Shown: positions 38,400 through 48,753, counted from the first letter of the stretch. The stretch is DNA of 64,000 bases from an uncultured virus (IMG/VR IMGVR_UViG_3300015371_000022) (IMGVR_UViG_3300015371_000022), one strand, 5' to 3'. Notes: a model not told the origin generated them from the letters alone. Numbers and translations: made by a program.

Positions 38400-40826
38400 A
38401 TGCACACCTTTGCAAGATCCCGCCAGGATGATGGCAGCTACCTCTATACCGTGGGCTACTGGTGCCCTGCTGCCTATAACGAGGGCACCGTGTTTCAGCC
38501 TTTGCGCGACTGTGCCACGGCATCTGAGGCCGTGCGCTGGGTGTCCTATCTCAATGGCGGCGAGCGCCCGGGAGGTGAGTGGTGACCGAGCATTTTGTTC
38601 GTTCCTCGCGCAAGCGGCCCAGCTGCCCCTGCGGCAGCGGGCTGCCGCGGCGCACGCTCGAGGATGCGCGCGGGATCTTCTGCTGCTTTGTCTGCAATGA
38701 ATGCGAGGCCGAGAAGAAGGCCAAGTATCGCGCCGACATTTTCACCAACCCGAACTATTTCACCGAGGAACCAATCGAACCAGAGGAGTAAGGCAAATGG
38801 CTAAAATAATGTGTTGCTACGGCAATTGCGACGAGTGGGTTGGCGAAGGGAGCTTCAAGCTCACGCTGACCGAGTCACGCCGCGGCACCGTGAACGAGCG
38901 GCAATCGTTCTGCTGCTACGAGCACGCGATATTGTGGCTGCAGAAGCGTGACGAGAAACTGAACCACGGCGTTCGATCCTGGCGCGGGCCGGTTGAACGC
39001 CACACACAGGAGTAAGGCAAATGCCGACGTTCTACGACGACAACTACGGCTTCTGGCACGACATGGATGATCCTGAGATGCGGGACTTCTATTTCCAGAC
39101 CCAGAAACGCAGCAAGGCCAAGATGTGCAAGGGCTGCGGCCGCATGGTCAAGATCAAGCCCGAGTACGCCTACTGCAACTCGTGCGCCGACAAGATGGAG
39201 CAAGGAGGCGAATTCTAATGTGGAAGGTAGTCGATAAGCACGACGGCCACACGGTGCAGACCTTCGACACTCAGATCGATGCCGTCATGGCTGCACAGCG
39301 TTACAACGCCGGCTGGAGCGTCTGGCCGTTCATAGTAGTCCCTCTGCCGCCAGATGAACCTCCCCGTGCCGACCACATCAAAGGAAAAGGCAATGGCTAA
39401 GACCATCTACCGCGCCACCCTCTGCAACTCTGCTGGCGAGCTCGACATGTTCACCGCCAACAGCATCGAGGATCTGCAACGCCAGCTGGGCAAGCGGCTG
39501 CTCCAACCGGGCAGTACTTGGATCCTGGCCGACGGCGACACCATCATCATATCGAGCGGCGACTTCCGCAACGTCGAGGCGAAAGCAGCATGACAGCACA
39601 AGAAGATATCAACGCCTGGGCCGAGGAGGCGTTCCACAAATGGATGAATGACTGCAGCTGGCGCTACAAGCTGGTTGGCGTGAAACCGAATGAAGCCATG
39701 GCGTATCTGGGGTTGATTTGCATGCTGGGCTTCGTCTCCACCGCTGCAGCCTACAGTTCCGATGAAGAGAGACTGATCGAGATCGTGCGCAAGGCATTCC
39801 GCGATGCGAGCAAGACCGTGACGGAAATCAAACAGGAGCTAGGCAAATGACCGAGGATGATGACCGCGACTACTGGGAACTGGGCTTCAACCTGTTCAGC
39901 AAGGAGCCCGAGCTCTTGGGCGCTGCCGTGTGGTGGCGTGCCCACGATCTTAATTTACAGGCTGAAGATGCCTACAACTTCGTCTTCGGCTATAGCACTG
40001 CCAGGAGGCAGCGAGATGACTACCAGCGAGAACGACAAGATCAAGCAGATGGCGGCGGAAATGCTGTTGAAACAGGGCATTGCGACCTTGAGTGAAGCGG
40101 CCAAATTGCGCGGCGTGAGCCGGCAGGCCATGCATCAGGCCACTGCCACTAAGTACGACACCCGACTTATTCGCAGAAAATATCTAGGAATTGTGTGGAA
40201 AGAATTGCTCGAACGGTTGACGGCATAGGGCATCGCCTTGCCTATGTCGGGCAGCGTGGGGCTCGACAAATCGAAAGGTGTTCTGCGGGGGGCGATGCCC
40301 TGGGGGTGGACGTTGGCCCCCGAATGGAATGTCACCGTCCAAGAACACCGACCCACGCACTTGCTTTCTAAATTTAGTCGCTGCCACTATTCAACGCTTG
40401 CAGGAAGGTAAACCCAAATGAGGATCAAGCTGCCGCCGACCCAGCAGGAGATGGAGGAATCGGATTATCTGGTTTGCGCTAAATGGGTGCATGCCGTCCC
40501 AGACGACTGCGAGGCAGGTAAATGCAGCAGCTGCGGCACCGACGTGATGTACGCCAAGAGCATGCCAAAGAAACCGCAGCGCATCTGCATGGATTGTGCG
40601 GTCGAGATGATGGATCGAGAAGTCAGGACGGGACACTACAATGGGTAACAGGATCGCCATGCCGGCAGAGCCGACGCTCAAGGAAGCCTTGGCCAAGCTC
40701 GAGGAACTGCTGGACTATCGCTTGCCGCAATCACACAAGCCATCGACCGCGATCGTGCTCGCGCGCGGCTATGCCGAGGTGATCTATCGGGCGTTGCTAA
40801 AATCGAGCTTGAACGATGCAACCTAA
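38400..40826 (+). CDS. Cluster of small early genes, several with CxxC zinc fingers (38400-38585, 38582-38791, 38797-39015, 39021-39218, 39218-39400, 39393-39593, 39590-39850, 39847-40095, 40016-40228 HTH-like, 40418-40648, 40641-40826)
   Basis: Co-oriented coupled ORFs with RBSs; CPCGSG, CKGCG...CNSC, CSSCG...CMDC motifs. Confidence 0.6.
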
Positions 40827-40855
40827 GTTTTCTTGGTGCATTGCCGGGATAATGA

Positions 40856-41048
40856 ATCGTCGGAGCGTGCTCCCCGGTGTGCGGAGTTCTACCCCCTCTG
40901 CCCATAACCGGCCCGACGAAACGACGCCGGGGACGATACTTGTAACCAGCTGGTGCCGGGGCGTGCCCCTCTGCGTGCAGTCACTCAAGGCGAGAGCCAA
41001 GAGTCGGGAGCTCGCGCGTACAGATCCGCGAAATGACGCGGAGGCACC
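40856..41048 (+). ncRNA. Candidate tandem structured RNA elements (unassigned)
   Basis: Two units with the same architecture: 6-bp stem, GGRG-CGTG-CYCC side hairpin, 7-bp stem, apical hairpins; stem sequences differ but pairing is kept. Confidence 0.45.
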
Positions 41049-41156
41049 TCCTACCCCATTTGGGTTATTGAATTAATCCAAAAATAATCGCTAGCTAAAA
41101 TTAGCGCCCGAGGGCAGGCTCGATCGGTTGGTAAACTTGCAAGGAGATACCCCAAC

Positions 41157-41807
41157 ATGAAGAAGCTACTTCTAGCCGCGAGCATTCTAACGGCGCTCGC
41201 CCTACCTGCCAAGGCCGATGTCATCATCGACGACAAATTGTCGGGGACTGGTGACAACGTGGTTTTCCAATCTTCGACAACCAGCCTCGTCATCGGCAGT
41301 TTCAACGGGCAACATCAGGGGCTCGTCGATTTCAACTGCTTGGCGGGCTGCACCAACTTCGTCGGAGCGCAAAGCGGCAACGACCTCAAGATCACGGCGG
41401 ATGGTCTAACCAACCTATCGGTCCAGGTCTTCGACACGTCCGGTCTTAACGTGTTGCCCACGCAAACCGATGTGTTCTCGATCACAGGCACCGGGCACGT
41501 GTTCGTAGGCGTGACAGCGAATGAACCGGGTGGTGGCACCCAACTGACAACCTTCGACCTGTTCTCGTTGTTCGGGGCGCTTGGCCCCGGCCAAAACGGG
41601 TTCACATTGACGGCGATCAACGGTGAAACCATCAACAAGTTCACGCTGCTCGATGTCGGTGGCGTGATCACTGACTTCGAGCACTACCGGATCGACGTTG
41701 CTGCTCCGGTCCCTGGACCCATCGTCGGTGCCGGCCTCCCCGGCATCCTCGGTGCGCTGGGGCTGTGGGGCTTCAACCGGTCCCGCAGAAAGCGTCAGGT
41801 GGCTTAG
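41157..41807 (+). CDS. Secreted protein with PEP-CTERM-like sorting signal
   Basis: Signal peptide MKKLLLAASILTALALPAKA; C-terminal VPGPIVGAGLPG + hydrophobic helix + RSRRKR; AAGGAG RBS. Confidence 0.8.
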   Translation: MKKLLLAASILTALALPAKADVIIDDKLSGTGDNVVFQSSTTSLVIGSFNGQHQGLVDFNCLAGCTNFVGAQSGNDLKITADGLTNLSVQVFDTSGLNVLPTQTDVFSITGTGHVFVGVTANEPGGGTQLTTFDLFSLFGALGPGQNGFTLTAINGETINKFTLLDVGGVITDFEHYRIDVAAPVPGPIVGAGLPGILGALGLWGFNRSRRKRQVA

Positions 41808-41839
41808 GTCCGCCGCATTTCCTGAGTTCCTGACGCTGT

Positions 41840-41885
41840 GCCCCGCCGGGTGTATTGAGTGAGCCTCCCGGCGGGGCTTCTTTTT
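41840..41885 (+). terminator. Intrinsic terminator
   Basis: gccccgccggg-N16-cccggcggggc followed by ttcttttt. Confidence 0.7.
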
Positions 41886-41950
41886 ATCCACAGGGGATTG
41901 CGCTAAATTTACAGCTTGTTAGGGTTGTGTAGTATGCACAACCGGAGGCA

Positions 41951-42319
41951 ATGATGTTCCGCCTGGAGATATTCGTAGACGATAAGAAATTGAGTTATGT
42001 GCTGTGGGCCTTGACCGGCCACATCCTGGGCGATCCCAAGATCCATCCGGTTGTCAATGCTACGGTCAAGAACGGCAAAGTGCGAGCCGAGACTTCCGGC
42101 GATCACGTCGAGATGTTCCGCAAGCATGTCGCCAGTCGGGGCGGCAACGAGTTCTCTCCGGCATTCATGCAGGATTGGTGCATCGGCCTGGGCTTGAAGC
42201 GCAAGAGCTACAGCAACATCCTCGCCAAGGGCATCCGCGCCAAGGCCTGGAAGCGCGTGCCGCAGAAGGGCACGAAAGGAAAATACAGCTACATCATTAC
42301 AAGAGAGGAGAAGGCGTGA
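41951..42319 (+). CDS. Hypothetical protein
   Basis: 122 aa, GGAGG RBS. Confidence 0.6.
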   Translation: MMFRLEIFVDDKKLSYVLWALTGHILGDPKIHPVVNATVKNGKVRAETSGDHVEMFRKHVASRGGNEFSPAFMQDWCIGLGLKRKSYSNILAKGIRAKAWKRVPQKGTKGKYSYIITREEKA

Positions 42320-42585
42320 TGGCGAAGGGCAACGGGCGCTTCAAGACCTACGGCGCTTACAAATTTGTGGACAAGGATCCAGTGATTTATCAATTGCAGC
42401 AAATGCGCGCCAACACGTCGCTGACGCAGATCACCAAGGATGGTGGGCCGAGCTCCACCTGCATGCACAACTGGTTCTATGGTGAGACCCGCCGGCCGCA
42501 GAACGCGACTATCGAAGCCGCGGGAAGAGCAATGGGCTACGAGCGCAAATGGATGCCGATGCGCAGGAAGACGGAGAAACAGTGA
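42319..42585 (+). CDS. XRE/Cro-like HTH protein
   Basis: SLTQITKDGGPSSTCMHNWFYGETRRPQNATIEAAGRAMG fits the XRE pattern; GAGGAG RBS. Confidence 0.65.
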   Translation: MAKGNGRFKTYGAYKFVDKDPVIYQLQQMRANTSLTQITKDGGPSSTCMHNWFYGETRRPQNATIEAAGRAMGYERKWMPMRRKTEKQ

Positions 42586-43057
42586 GTTACGGTCCTATGT
42601 GGGAAGATGGGTTTGCTGCTGGCAAGAAAGAGGCCGCAGCTAAACTCATCGACACCGCCGCCCTCCTCGACCGGCTGGCGGAACGTATCGAGGGGCTAAT
42701 CCAGAAGCCCGATCCGCACGGCTGGCGCACCGAACCTACCGAGCCATTTATCTTGGCCGCCGCCTACTGCCGCGCGGAGGCGAAGCGACTGAGGGGGGAG
42801 ACATGAGCTACGATGACGACACCAAGCGCATCATCCGATTGCACGACCGGATTAAGGACTTGGAGCACAAGCTCGCCGATACCGCCGCCTTCCTCGACCG
42901 GCTGGCGGAACGGCTGGACTTGCGTGGCGATCAGATAGCCCCGCTGCCACGTCGCGGACAATCTGCGATGACTGCACCGATGCAGCGCCCCGCCCCTGAA
43001 AAGCAAGACGCCGCCGACTGCCGCGCGGAGGCGAAGAAGCTGCGGGACGAGACATGA
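42582..43057 (+). CDS. Two tandem paralogous small genes (42582-42806, 42803-43057)
   Basis: Both contain DTAA.LDRLAER and AA.CRAEAK.LR.ET. Confidence 0.65.
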
Positions 43058-44662
43058 TCATACCACGCTGGGTCGACGGAATGCTCAATGTGATGTCGAT
43101 CATCTTGTTCCCGTCGCGCAACCATACGACAGCCACCATCATAATTTACACTCTGGTCATCGGCATCGGGTTGTGGATATGGCTAGGTTCCTGGTTGTGG
43201 CTGCCGGCGACTGTGCTCAGTATGATCATGGCTTGGATGCTCACGGAGTGGTTTTTCTGACATGAAACTCAACGGCGGACTGAAAATCACCTCCAACGGC
43301 TACGGCTCGAGCACTATCCATATCGATGTCGAGCTCTCGAGCGTCGAGGAGGTCGATGACCTGCAGGCCTATTGCCGATATGCCCTGAAGTTCACCAAAG
43401 CCTGGGCGGCACGTTGTGCCAAGCATCGGGAAAAGCTCAATGTCACGCAACTGGGAACGACACGCAAGGGCGCTTGACCTGCGGCTCGAGGGCAAGACGC
43501 TGCCCGAGATCGCTGCCGAGTTCGGTGTCAGCAAGGAATACGTGCGGCAGATGGTGGTGCTGGCCAAGGCGCAGCTGGCCTATCGGGTGTTCAAGGGTGT
43601 TCCGCGCCCGTTACCAAAACCATCATGGGAGAGAAACAGTGAAGCTATATCGCAAGCGTGGCTTGACGCGCATGACGCCATGGCAGCCGGACACCAACAT
43701 GGAAGGCGTAACCGTGTCGCCGGAAGACAGTTTGGCTGGCTCGCCGCGAATTGGTGACATGATCGCCGAGGATCCCACCAACAACTCGCGCTGGCTGGTG
43801 AGCGCAAGCTACTTCGCCCGCAACTATGAAGAAGTAAAATAATGTGGGGGATGGAGCATATGCGCCACCTGAAGAAGGGTGAGAGTGAAGCGTCGGGCTG
43901 GATCGTAGGTCTGTCGCTGGCGCTCGCCACCGTGCTGGCGCTGGCAATAATTTTACTCACCGCCTGTCAGATGCCGCTGCGATGACCCACAAAGAAAAGC
44001 TTCTGTTGCTGATGCTCGAGCACACGCCCGACCGCAACACCCAGGCGGTAATTTTACAGAGCTTCATCGCCGAATACGGTCCCCTGAGTGAGGATGTTGG
44101 GGACAAAGTACGAAATCTGTTGAAAACCAAAACGAGCGGAGATCGACCATGACGACACCAAGCCAAGCTGAATTCTTGCTGCGGCTCGCCGAGAACTCGA
44201 GCGAAGCCGGCGAAGAGGTCATCAACGAGATCCGCCGGCTGGGCACCGCCCATGCGCAACGCTTGCTCGGCGACAAAGACCTGATAGAAAAAGCCTTGGA
44301 GATCAATCGTCAGGATCTGCAACGGTTTGCGCAGTATCTGCCGGCCCGGGTGATGCAGCAGCCAGCACCCCGTGCCTTGATTAACGGAGGATCCAGTGAG
44401 GAAAAGACGCCGGAACGGCAACGGCCACAAGCCAGTCCGCAAGGTCAACGATCGTAAGACCACCCAGCGCGCCCGCATGCGCGTGCTCAAGCGCGCGCTC
44501 GAGCGCGGCATGGTGACCAACGAGGAAGCCAAGCGCATCGGTAATTTCAACCAAGCCTACTACCATCTCAACAAACTGGCGCAGGCTGGCGTTCTGAAGC
44601 GGACCGGTTACAACACATGGGTACCCGTGCGGCGTAAGGGTCGCCGTCCAGCGGTAGTATAA
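43054..44662 (+). CDS. Small middle genes: 43054-43260 (membrane), 43262-43477, 43440-43757 (sigma-region-4-like HTH), 43639-43842, 43842-43985 (TM plus LTAC lipobox-like), 43982-44152, 44149-44457, 44396-44662 (winged-helix-like)
   Basis: Coupled plus-strand ORFs; GKTLPEIAAEFGVSKEYVRQM HTH; AYYHLNKLAQAGVL wHTH pattern. Confidence 0.55.
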
Positions 44663-44717
44663 TGGCAGCCAGATCTGATGCTACTGTAAATCTAACTGCG
44701 TATGGGCTACAAGAACG

Positions 44718-44897
44718 ATGCAAGCACGTAACCGCACATACGTGAGATTGTCTGTAGACAAGGTTGCTGAAATTCGCAGGCTCTATGCGACCGGCGAATA
44801 TACTCAGCAGGAACTAGCCACTGAATTTGGTGTAGTTCAAAACCATGTGTCTAAAATCGTTCGAAATGGGGTGTGGAGACTGGAGGGCGATCAGTGA
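44718..44897 (+). CDS. Small HTH protein (59 aa; not in ORF track)
   Basis: VAEIRRLYATGEYTQQELATEFGVVQNHVSKIVRNGVW; stop overlaps the GTG of polA. Confidence 0.65.
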   Translation: MQARNRTYVRLSVDKVAEIRRLYATGEYTQQELATEFGVVQNHVSKIVRNGVWRLEGDQ

Positions 44898-46727
44898 CAT
44901 TGAAACATTTCCTGGTCGTGGATTTTCGAGACCTACTACGATAAAGATTACTCACTCAGGCATATGAGCCCACCTGAGTACATTCTCGACCAGCGTTTTG
45001 AAGTTCTTATGATGGCTGCCTACGACGTGGCCCGCTGGGACGCGCCGAAGATCCTGCTGCCGCACGAGATCCCTGCATTTCTAGAACAATATCCTGCTAG
45101 CGAGACCATTGCATGCAGTCATAACGCTTTGTTTGATATGAGTATTTTATCTTGGCGCTACGGTTGGGTGCCAGGACTCCTTCAATGTACTTTGTCGATG
45201 GTGCGGGCGTTGCGCAACTACCAACGCAATTCGCTCGAGGCCGTGATCAAGGAACTGTTCGGCCGCACCCTCGACAAGTCGCTGATCAAGAGCGTGCGCG
45301 GCATGCACCGGGCCGACATCATGCGCGCCGGCCTGTGGCCGGCGTTCTGCACCTACTCGATGGTCGACGCCCGCGAATGCTGGCACATCTACAGCAAGCT
45401 CTATCCGGAGTTCCCGCCGGAGGAGCGCGCCATCATGGATCTGGTGCTGCGCGCGGCAGTGGTGCCGCGGATCCATGCCGACGTGCCCATGCTCGAGCAG
45501 CACCTCGAGGATCTGCGCAAGCGCAAACAGTACCTGCTGCGAGCGTCCGGCTACGATAAAGCGGCCCTCATGTCCGTCCAGAGCTTCAAGGAGGCCCTGG
45601 AGAGCCTGGGGGTGGAGGTCAAGACCAAGATCTCCGGCACGGGGCGTGAAATCCCCGCCTTTGCCAAAACCGACCAGTTCATGGCCGACCTGCTGGAGCA
45701 CCCCGATTTCCAGGTGCAGGCGCTGGCGGCCGCCAGGTTGTCGGAGAAGTCCACCATCGAGGAGACCCGGGCGCAGCGGTTCCTCAACATCGCCAAGCTG
45801 CCCTGGGGCAACGGCGCGCTGCTGCCGATCCCATTGCGCTACGGTGCCGCCCACACCCACCGTCTTGGTGGTGAGTGGAAGATGAATCCGCAGAACCTGC
45901 CGCGGGACAAGGAGAAGAGCAAACTACGGCAGTCGCTCACGGTGCCGCCGGGGACTAAATTAATGACCGCCGACCTCGCCCAGATCGAGGCGCGGATCAC
46001 CGCCAAAATCGCTGGCCAGGACGATCTGGTGGAGGCGTTCCGCCACGGCGTCGATGTCTATGCCCAGTTCGCCTCATACGTGTTCGGCATCTTGGTCAAC
46101 AAGAAGGACCAGCCGCACCATAGATTCATCGGCAAGACCGCAGTGCTCGGTTTAGGGTACGGCTGCGGCTGGTCGCGATTCTTCAACATGGTGGTCACCG
46201 ACGCGCGCAAGTACGGGATCCCGCTCGAGGGCCTGTTCGACCAGACCCTCGCTCGCAATACCGTGCATAAATATCGCTCGATGTACGCCGGCATCCCGCG
46301 CTCCTGGGAGCAGCTGGACTACTGGTGGCAGGCGGTGCTTGACAACCCGCAAATCGACAAGCCGACCAAGTGGCCGGATGAGGACACGGGGCCGCTCGAG
46401 TTCCGCCACGGTCACATCGTACTGCCCAACAAGATGACCCTGCGCTACACCTCCGGCCAGAAGCTGTGGGGCGGGGTGCTGCTCGAGAACATCGTTCAAG
46501 CTTTGGCCAGAATCGTGGTGATGCAAGCGGCGGTCCGACTCAGCCGCCGCGGGTATCGTTTTGTTCTCCAGGCCCACGACGAGCTCGTATTCGCAGTGCC
46601 GGAGGATGATGTAAATTCAGCGCGAAATATTATATCTCAGGAGATGACCCGCACGCCGAAATGGCTGCCTGGGCTGCCGTTGGCTGTCGAGATCGGGGTG
46701 GGGGACAACTACGGAGAATGCAAATGA
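44894..46727 (+). CDS. polA: Family A DNA polymerase with 3'-5' exonuclease; 5' end requires a +1 frameshift at 44923-44927
   Basis: ExoI VVDF/ETYY split across frames, ExoII HNALFD, motif A DLAQIEAR, motif B RFIGKTAVLGLGYG, motif C AHDELV. Confidence 0.9.
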
Positions 46728-47173
46728 CCTACAAAGTGTACCTCGCCGGACCGATGACCAACGTCGGCGGGAACTACAATTTCCCCCTATTCGATCACGT
46801 CGCAACAAAATTGCGCAAAGCCGGCTGCGAGGTGTTCTCGCCGCCCGACCATGCCCGCAAATGCATCGGCCCGGACGAGAAAATCTTCAGCATGCCCAAG
46901 GACGAAGTCGCGAAATACGTCCGGTCGATGTTCAAACAGGAGCTCGATTGGATCTGCGATCACGCCAATGTAATTTTATTGCTCCCTGGCTGGCAACAAT
47001 CGATCGGAGCCCGTGCCGAGCACGCTGTGGCGCTGGCTTGTCGAAATATCAAGGTGGTCGAAGCCGATACGATCTTGCTAATCGACGAAGACTCGGCGTT
47101 TAATATTGGCTCACTGGCACTCGACCTCGCAGAAAAGATGGCACCCGATGGACACGCAAATCGTCCAGCCTAA
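46724..47173 (+). CDS. DUF4406 / nucleoside 2-deoxyribosyltransferase-like protein
   Basis: VYLAGPMT...NFPLF...LLPGWQQSIGARAE. Confidence 0.8.
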   Translation: MTYKVYLAGPMTNVGGNYNFPLFDHVATKLRKAGCEVFSPPDHARKCIGPDEKIFSMPKDEVAKYVRSMFKQELDWICDHANVILLLPGWQQSIGARAEHAVALACRNIKVVEADTILLIDEDSAFNIGSLALDLAEKMAPDGHANRPA

Positions 47174-47837
47174 GAAGGAATTCGCGTGGTCGTACTCGAG
47201 GCTCAAGGGGCATGCCGATTGTCCCCGGCGCTATTACGAGACCCAGATCGCCAAGAACTGGCCCGACACCACCTCGGACCAGGAGTGGGGCAATGCCGTA
47301 CATGCTGCGCTCGCGCAGGCTTTGCGAGACGGCACTGACCTCTCCTCCAAGTTCGCGCCGACTTGCCAGAAATGGCTGGACGAGGTGCGCCGGGTCGAGG
47401 GCGAGATGTTGATCGAGGACGACTGTCAGTGGGCCTGCACTCGAGATTTCAAGCCCACGCCCTGGTTCGCCAAGGACGTCTGGCTGCGCTGTATCGCCGA
47501 CGTGGCGATCCTCAATCCGCCGGGAGCCATGGTGGTGGACTGGAAGGCCGGCAAGAGCTCGAACGTCGACCCGATCCAGCTGCTGCTGACCTCGCTGATG
47601 ATCCTGATCCAGTTCCCCAAGATCGATCGCGTGCTGTCAGCCTTCATCTGGCTGAAGGAAGGCCACAAGACCGTGCAGACGCTCTATCGCGAGGACGCGC
47701 CTGACCAGTGGGCCGAGATCCTGCCGCGGGTGCAGCGGTTCGAGGATGCAGTTACTCGAGAGCATTTCCCGCCCCAGCCTGGGCGGCTGTGCCGCAACTG
47801 GTGTCCGGTGAAAAGTTGTGAGTACAATGGCAAATAA
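47148..47837 (+). CDS. PD-(D/E)XK (Cas4/RecB-like) exonuclease
   Basis: WSYSRL...CPRRYY, GNAVH, IADV, VDWKAG, LCRNWCPVKSC. Confidence 0.85.
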   Translation: MDTQIVQPKKEFAWSYSRLKGHADCPRRYYETQIAKNWPDTTSDQEWGNAVHAALAQALRDGTDLSSKFAPTCQKWLDEVRRVEGEMLIEDDCQWACTRDFKPTPWFAKDVWLRCIADVAILNPPGAMVVDWKAGKSSNVDPIQLLLTSLMILIQFPKIDRVLSAFIWLKEGHKTVQTLYREDAPDQWAEILPRVQRFEDAVTREHFPPQPGRLCRNWCPVKSCEYNGK

Positions 47838-48753
47838 ACACTGCATCATCTGTAAAAAGAACTTTGTTCCTTATCGGAATAAAGACTTACTATGTTCAAA
47901 GGAATGTCGTGATGAACACAGACGACAGTATGCCAAGCGGTGGGCTAAAACTAATATCGAAAAAGTTAAAAAAAATGCTGCGCGCTACCGTAAAGCGCAT
48001 CCTATTAAACATAAAATACATTACTGCATCATTTGTAAGAAAGAATTTACACCAAACTCTAATGCACAGCTTGCTTGTTCAAATTTTTGTTCGCAAGAAC
48101 ATAGATACCAACAAGGACGGATATGGAGGGCTGCTAATCGTAAATATCTAACTATTCGAGAAGTCGCGCGCCAACGCCATAAACGAATAACTGATACTGA
48201 ATATGCACGTAGAGAGAAAGAATATGCACGTTCGTGGCGGTTAGCAAACAAAGAAGCAATACGTGAAACACAGCGTCGTTGGAGTGCGACTAATAAAGAA
48301 TCAATCAATAGAAGAAAACGTCAGTGGGCTGATGCTAATAGAGAATTAGTACGAAAACGTGGGCGTGAACATGCGCGCAAACGCTATTTAGCTAATCCAG
48401 AGTATTATCGTCAAAAAAACCGTAATTGGTGGGTTGCTAATTTAGAACATGCGCGCGAGAGATCGCGTATGGCTGCACAAGAACGACGTATGCTACATCC
48501 AGAACGTGAGCGTGAACGACAGCAAAAATGGCAAGCAGCTAATCCTGAACGTAAACGAGAACTGCAAACTAAATGGCGAACGCTAAATCGAGAGCGTTAT
48601 CTAAAACTACAGCATAAGAAATATGTAGAATATGCTGCTTTAGTTGCTGCTTTTCGCCAGCTCTGTCCTGATGCTAACATTAATGCATGGAAACATCGAA
48701 CTGCCCTCTTTCACAGCATGAAAAACCAACTAAAGGAGCTAGACCATGACTGA
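47827..48753 (+). CDS. AT-rich zinc-finger and W-x-x-x-N repeat protein (homing-endonuclease-like DNA-binding arms, no nuclease motif seen)
   Basis: CIICKK.F.P...CS..C twice; repeated W..AN.E..RE..RR units; sharp drop in GC. Confidence 0.65.
   Translation: MANKHCIICKKNFVPYRNKDLLCSKECRDEHRRQYAKRWAKTNIEKVKKNAARYRKAHPIKHKIHYCIICKKEFTPNSNAQLACSNFCSQEHRYQQGRIWRAANRKYLTIREVARQRHKRITDTEYARREKEYARSWRLANKEAIRETQRRWSATNKESINRRKRQWADANRELVRKRGREHARKRYLANPEYYRQKNRNWWVANLEHARERSRMAAQERRMLHPERERERQQKWQAANPERKRELQTKWRTLNRERYLKLQHKKYVEYAALVAAFRQLCPDANINAWKHRTALFHSMKNQLKELDHD

Noticed and set aside
40227..41048. tRNA genes in the structured intergenic gaps
   Set aside because: No T-loop GTTCRA with cloverleaf spacing; left as unassigned structures
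41073..41087. TTAA-N7-ATAA upstream of the PEP-CTERM-like gene
   Set aside because: One mismatch, lacks the flanking C/G and the 10-nt spacing to a -10; may reflect AT-richness
44964..44966. ORF-track start of the DNA polymerase
   Set aside because: No clear RBS and it omits the ExoI motif; GTG 44894 has GGAGG and stop-start coupling
47148..47837. Cas4-like gene as evidence of a CRISPR system
   Set aside because: Stand-alone PD-(D/E)XK nuclease in a replication operon; no array or other cas genes
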